From: Octopus sinensis
Lineage: Eukaryota
DNA: 64,000 nt
Direction: 5' to 3'
Assembly: GCF_006345805.1 (NCBI RefSeq)
Contig: NC_043014.1
Location: forward strand, 34,348,001 to 34,412,000
Notes under the pieces: model-generated
What the model saw: the letters and a program-made list of their open reading frames with translations, nothing else
Databases searched by the model: none
What the model was told of the DNA's origin: nothing
In this document: one piece after another, positions 63,395 to 64,000 of the stretch
How the letters are laid out: every line of letters begins with the position of its first letter
Numbering within the stretch: position 1 is the first letter of the stretch
Translations under genes and position numbers: made by a program

Positions 63395-64000
63395 CGTTAG
63401 GAAGGGCATCCAGCCGTAGAAACACTGCCAGATTTGACTGGGCCTGATGAAGCCTTCTGGCTTCACAGACCCCAGTAGAACCATCCAACCCATGCTAGCA
63501 TGGAAAACGGACGCTAAATGATGATGATGATGATGATGATATATATATATACATACACACATACACACATACGCACATGCTCACACACTACATGTACGTG
63601 TATCTGCTCATACACCATTAACCAAAAATATTGTTCAAAAGCAGAGTGAAATACAAGTTAGTCTCTAGAGACTATAAAAGTGGGTTAGTTCGTTCGTTAG
63701 TTAAGCAACTGAAGTTGCCAACAGAATTGGAGCTGGAGGCAAAGGGTGTGTGTGTATAGTGGGGTGTGGCTGTTAAATGTTCGCGTCAATGGGCAGTGTG
63801 ATTAGAAGAGGAAATCAACCAGTCTAGGAAAGATTAGTAGGGTGACGATGCCATGTTAGAGGAAACTGTTTATGTAGGTAGCCAGTATAGTACATTTAAA
63901 ATACAAAACTCACTGGTGATATTACAAGAGTTCACTGCAGTTTTTATTTGTTTATCTATTATTATGGCAGAGAAGTATTTAGTTGAAATGTAGAGGGAAA

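Overview
This is AT-rich animal genomic DNA dense in microsatellites and transposons. The repeat landscape (tRNA-headed SINEs, CR1/RTE/Tx1 LINE relics, Helitrons, mariner and DD37D elements) suggests a cephalopod such as Octopus, but that is inferred from pattern recognition, not a search. The only host coding sequence I can support is one 69-nt first coding exon (24768-24836, MSTSVERQFKEHDQNGLWNGVFK followed by GTAAGT). It resembles the N-terminus of PTPN1/PTPN2/PTP61F tyrosine phosphatases and is followed by an intron that runs beyond the window end. Almost all listed ORFs are microsatellite or antisense artefacts, or transposon fragments. Highlights: (1) a tRNA-headed element carrying a minimal type I hammerhead ribozyme, arranged as a Penelope-style inverted pair with a 9-bp TSD (7699-8153); (2) a decayed Merlin/IS1595-like transposase plus several GG-ended MITEs, some with clear 8-bp TSDs, carrying telomere-like repeats or RFX-like boxes; (3) an atypical LTR retroelement with DIRS-like RT/RNase H motifs together with a protease and an integrase; (4) a SINE family whose 3' tail matches a Tx1/L1-like LINE in the same window; (5) a visible drop in CpG inside the putative gene body. 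Coordinates were counted by hand, and the ends of degenerate repeats are approximate.
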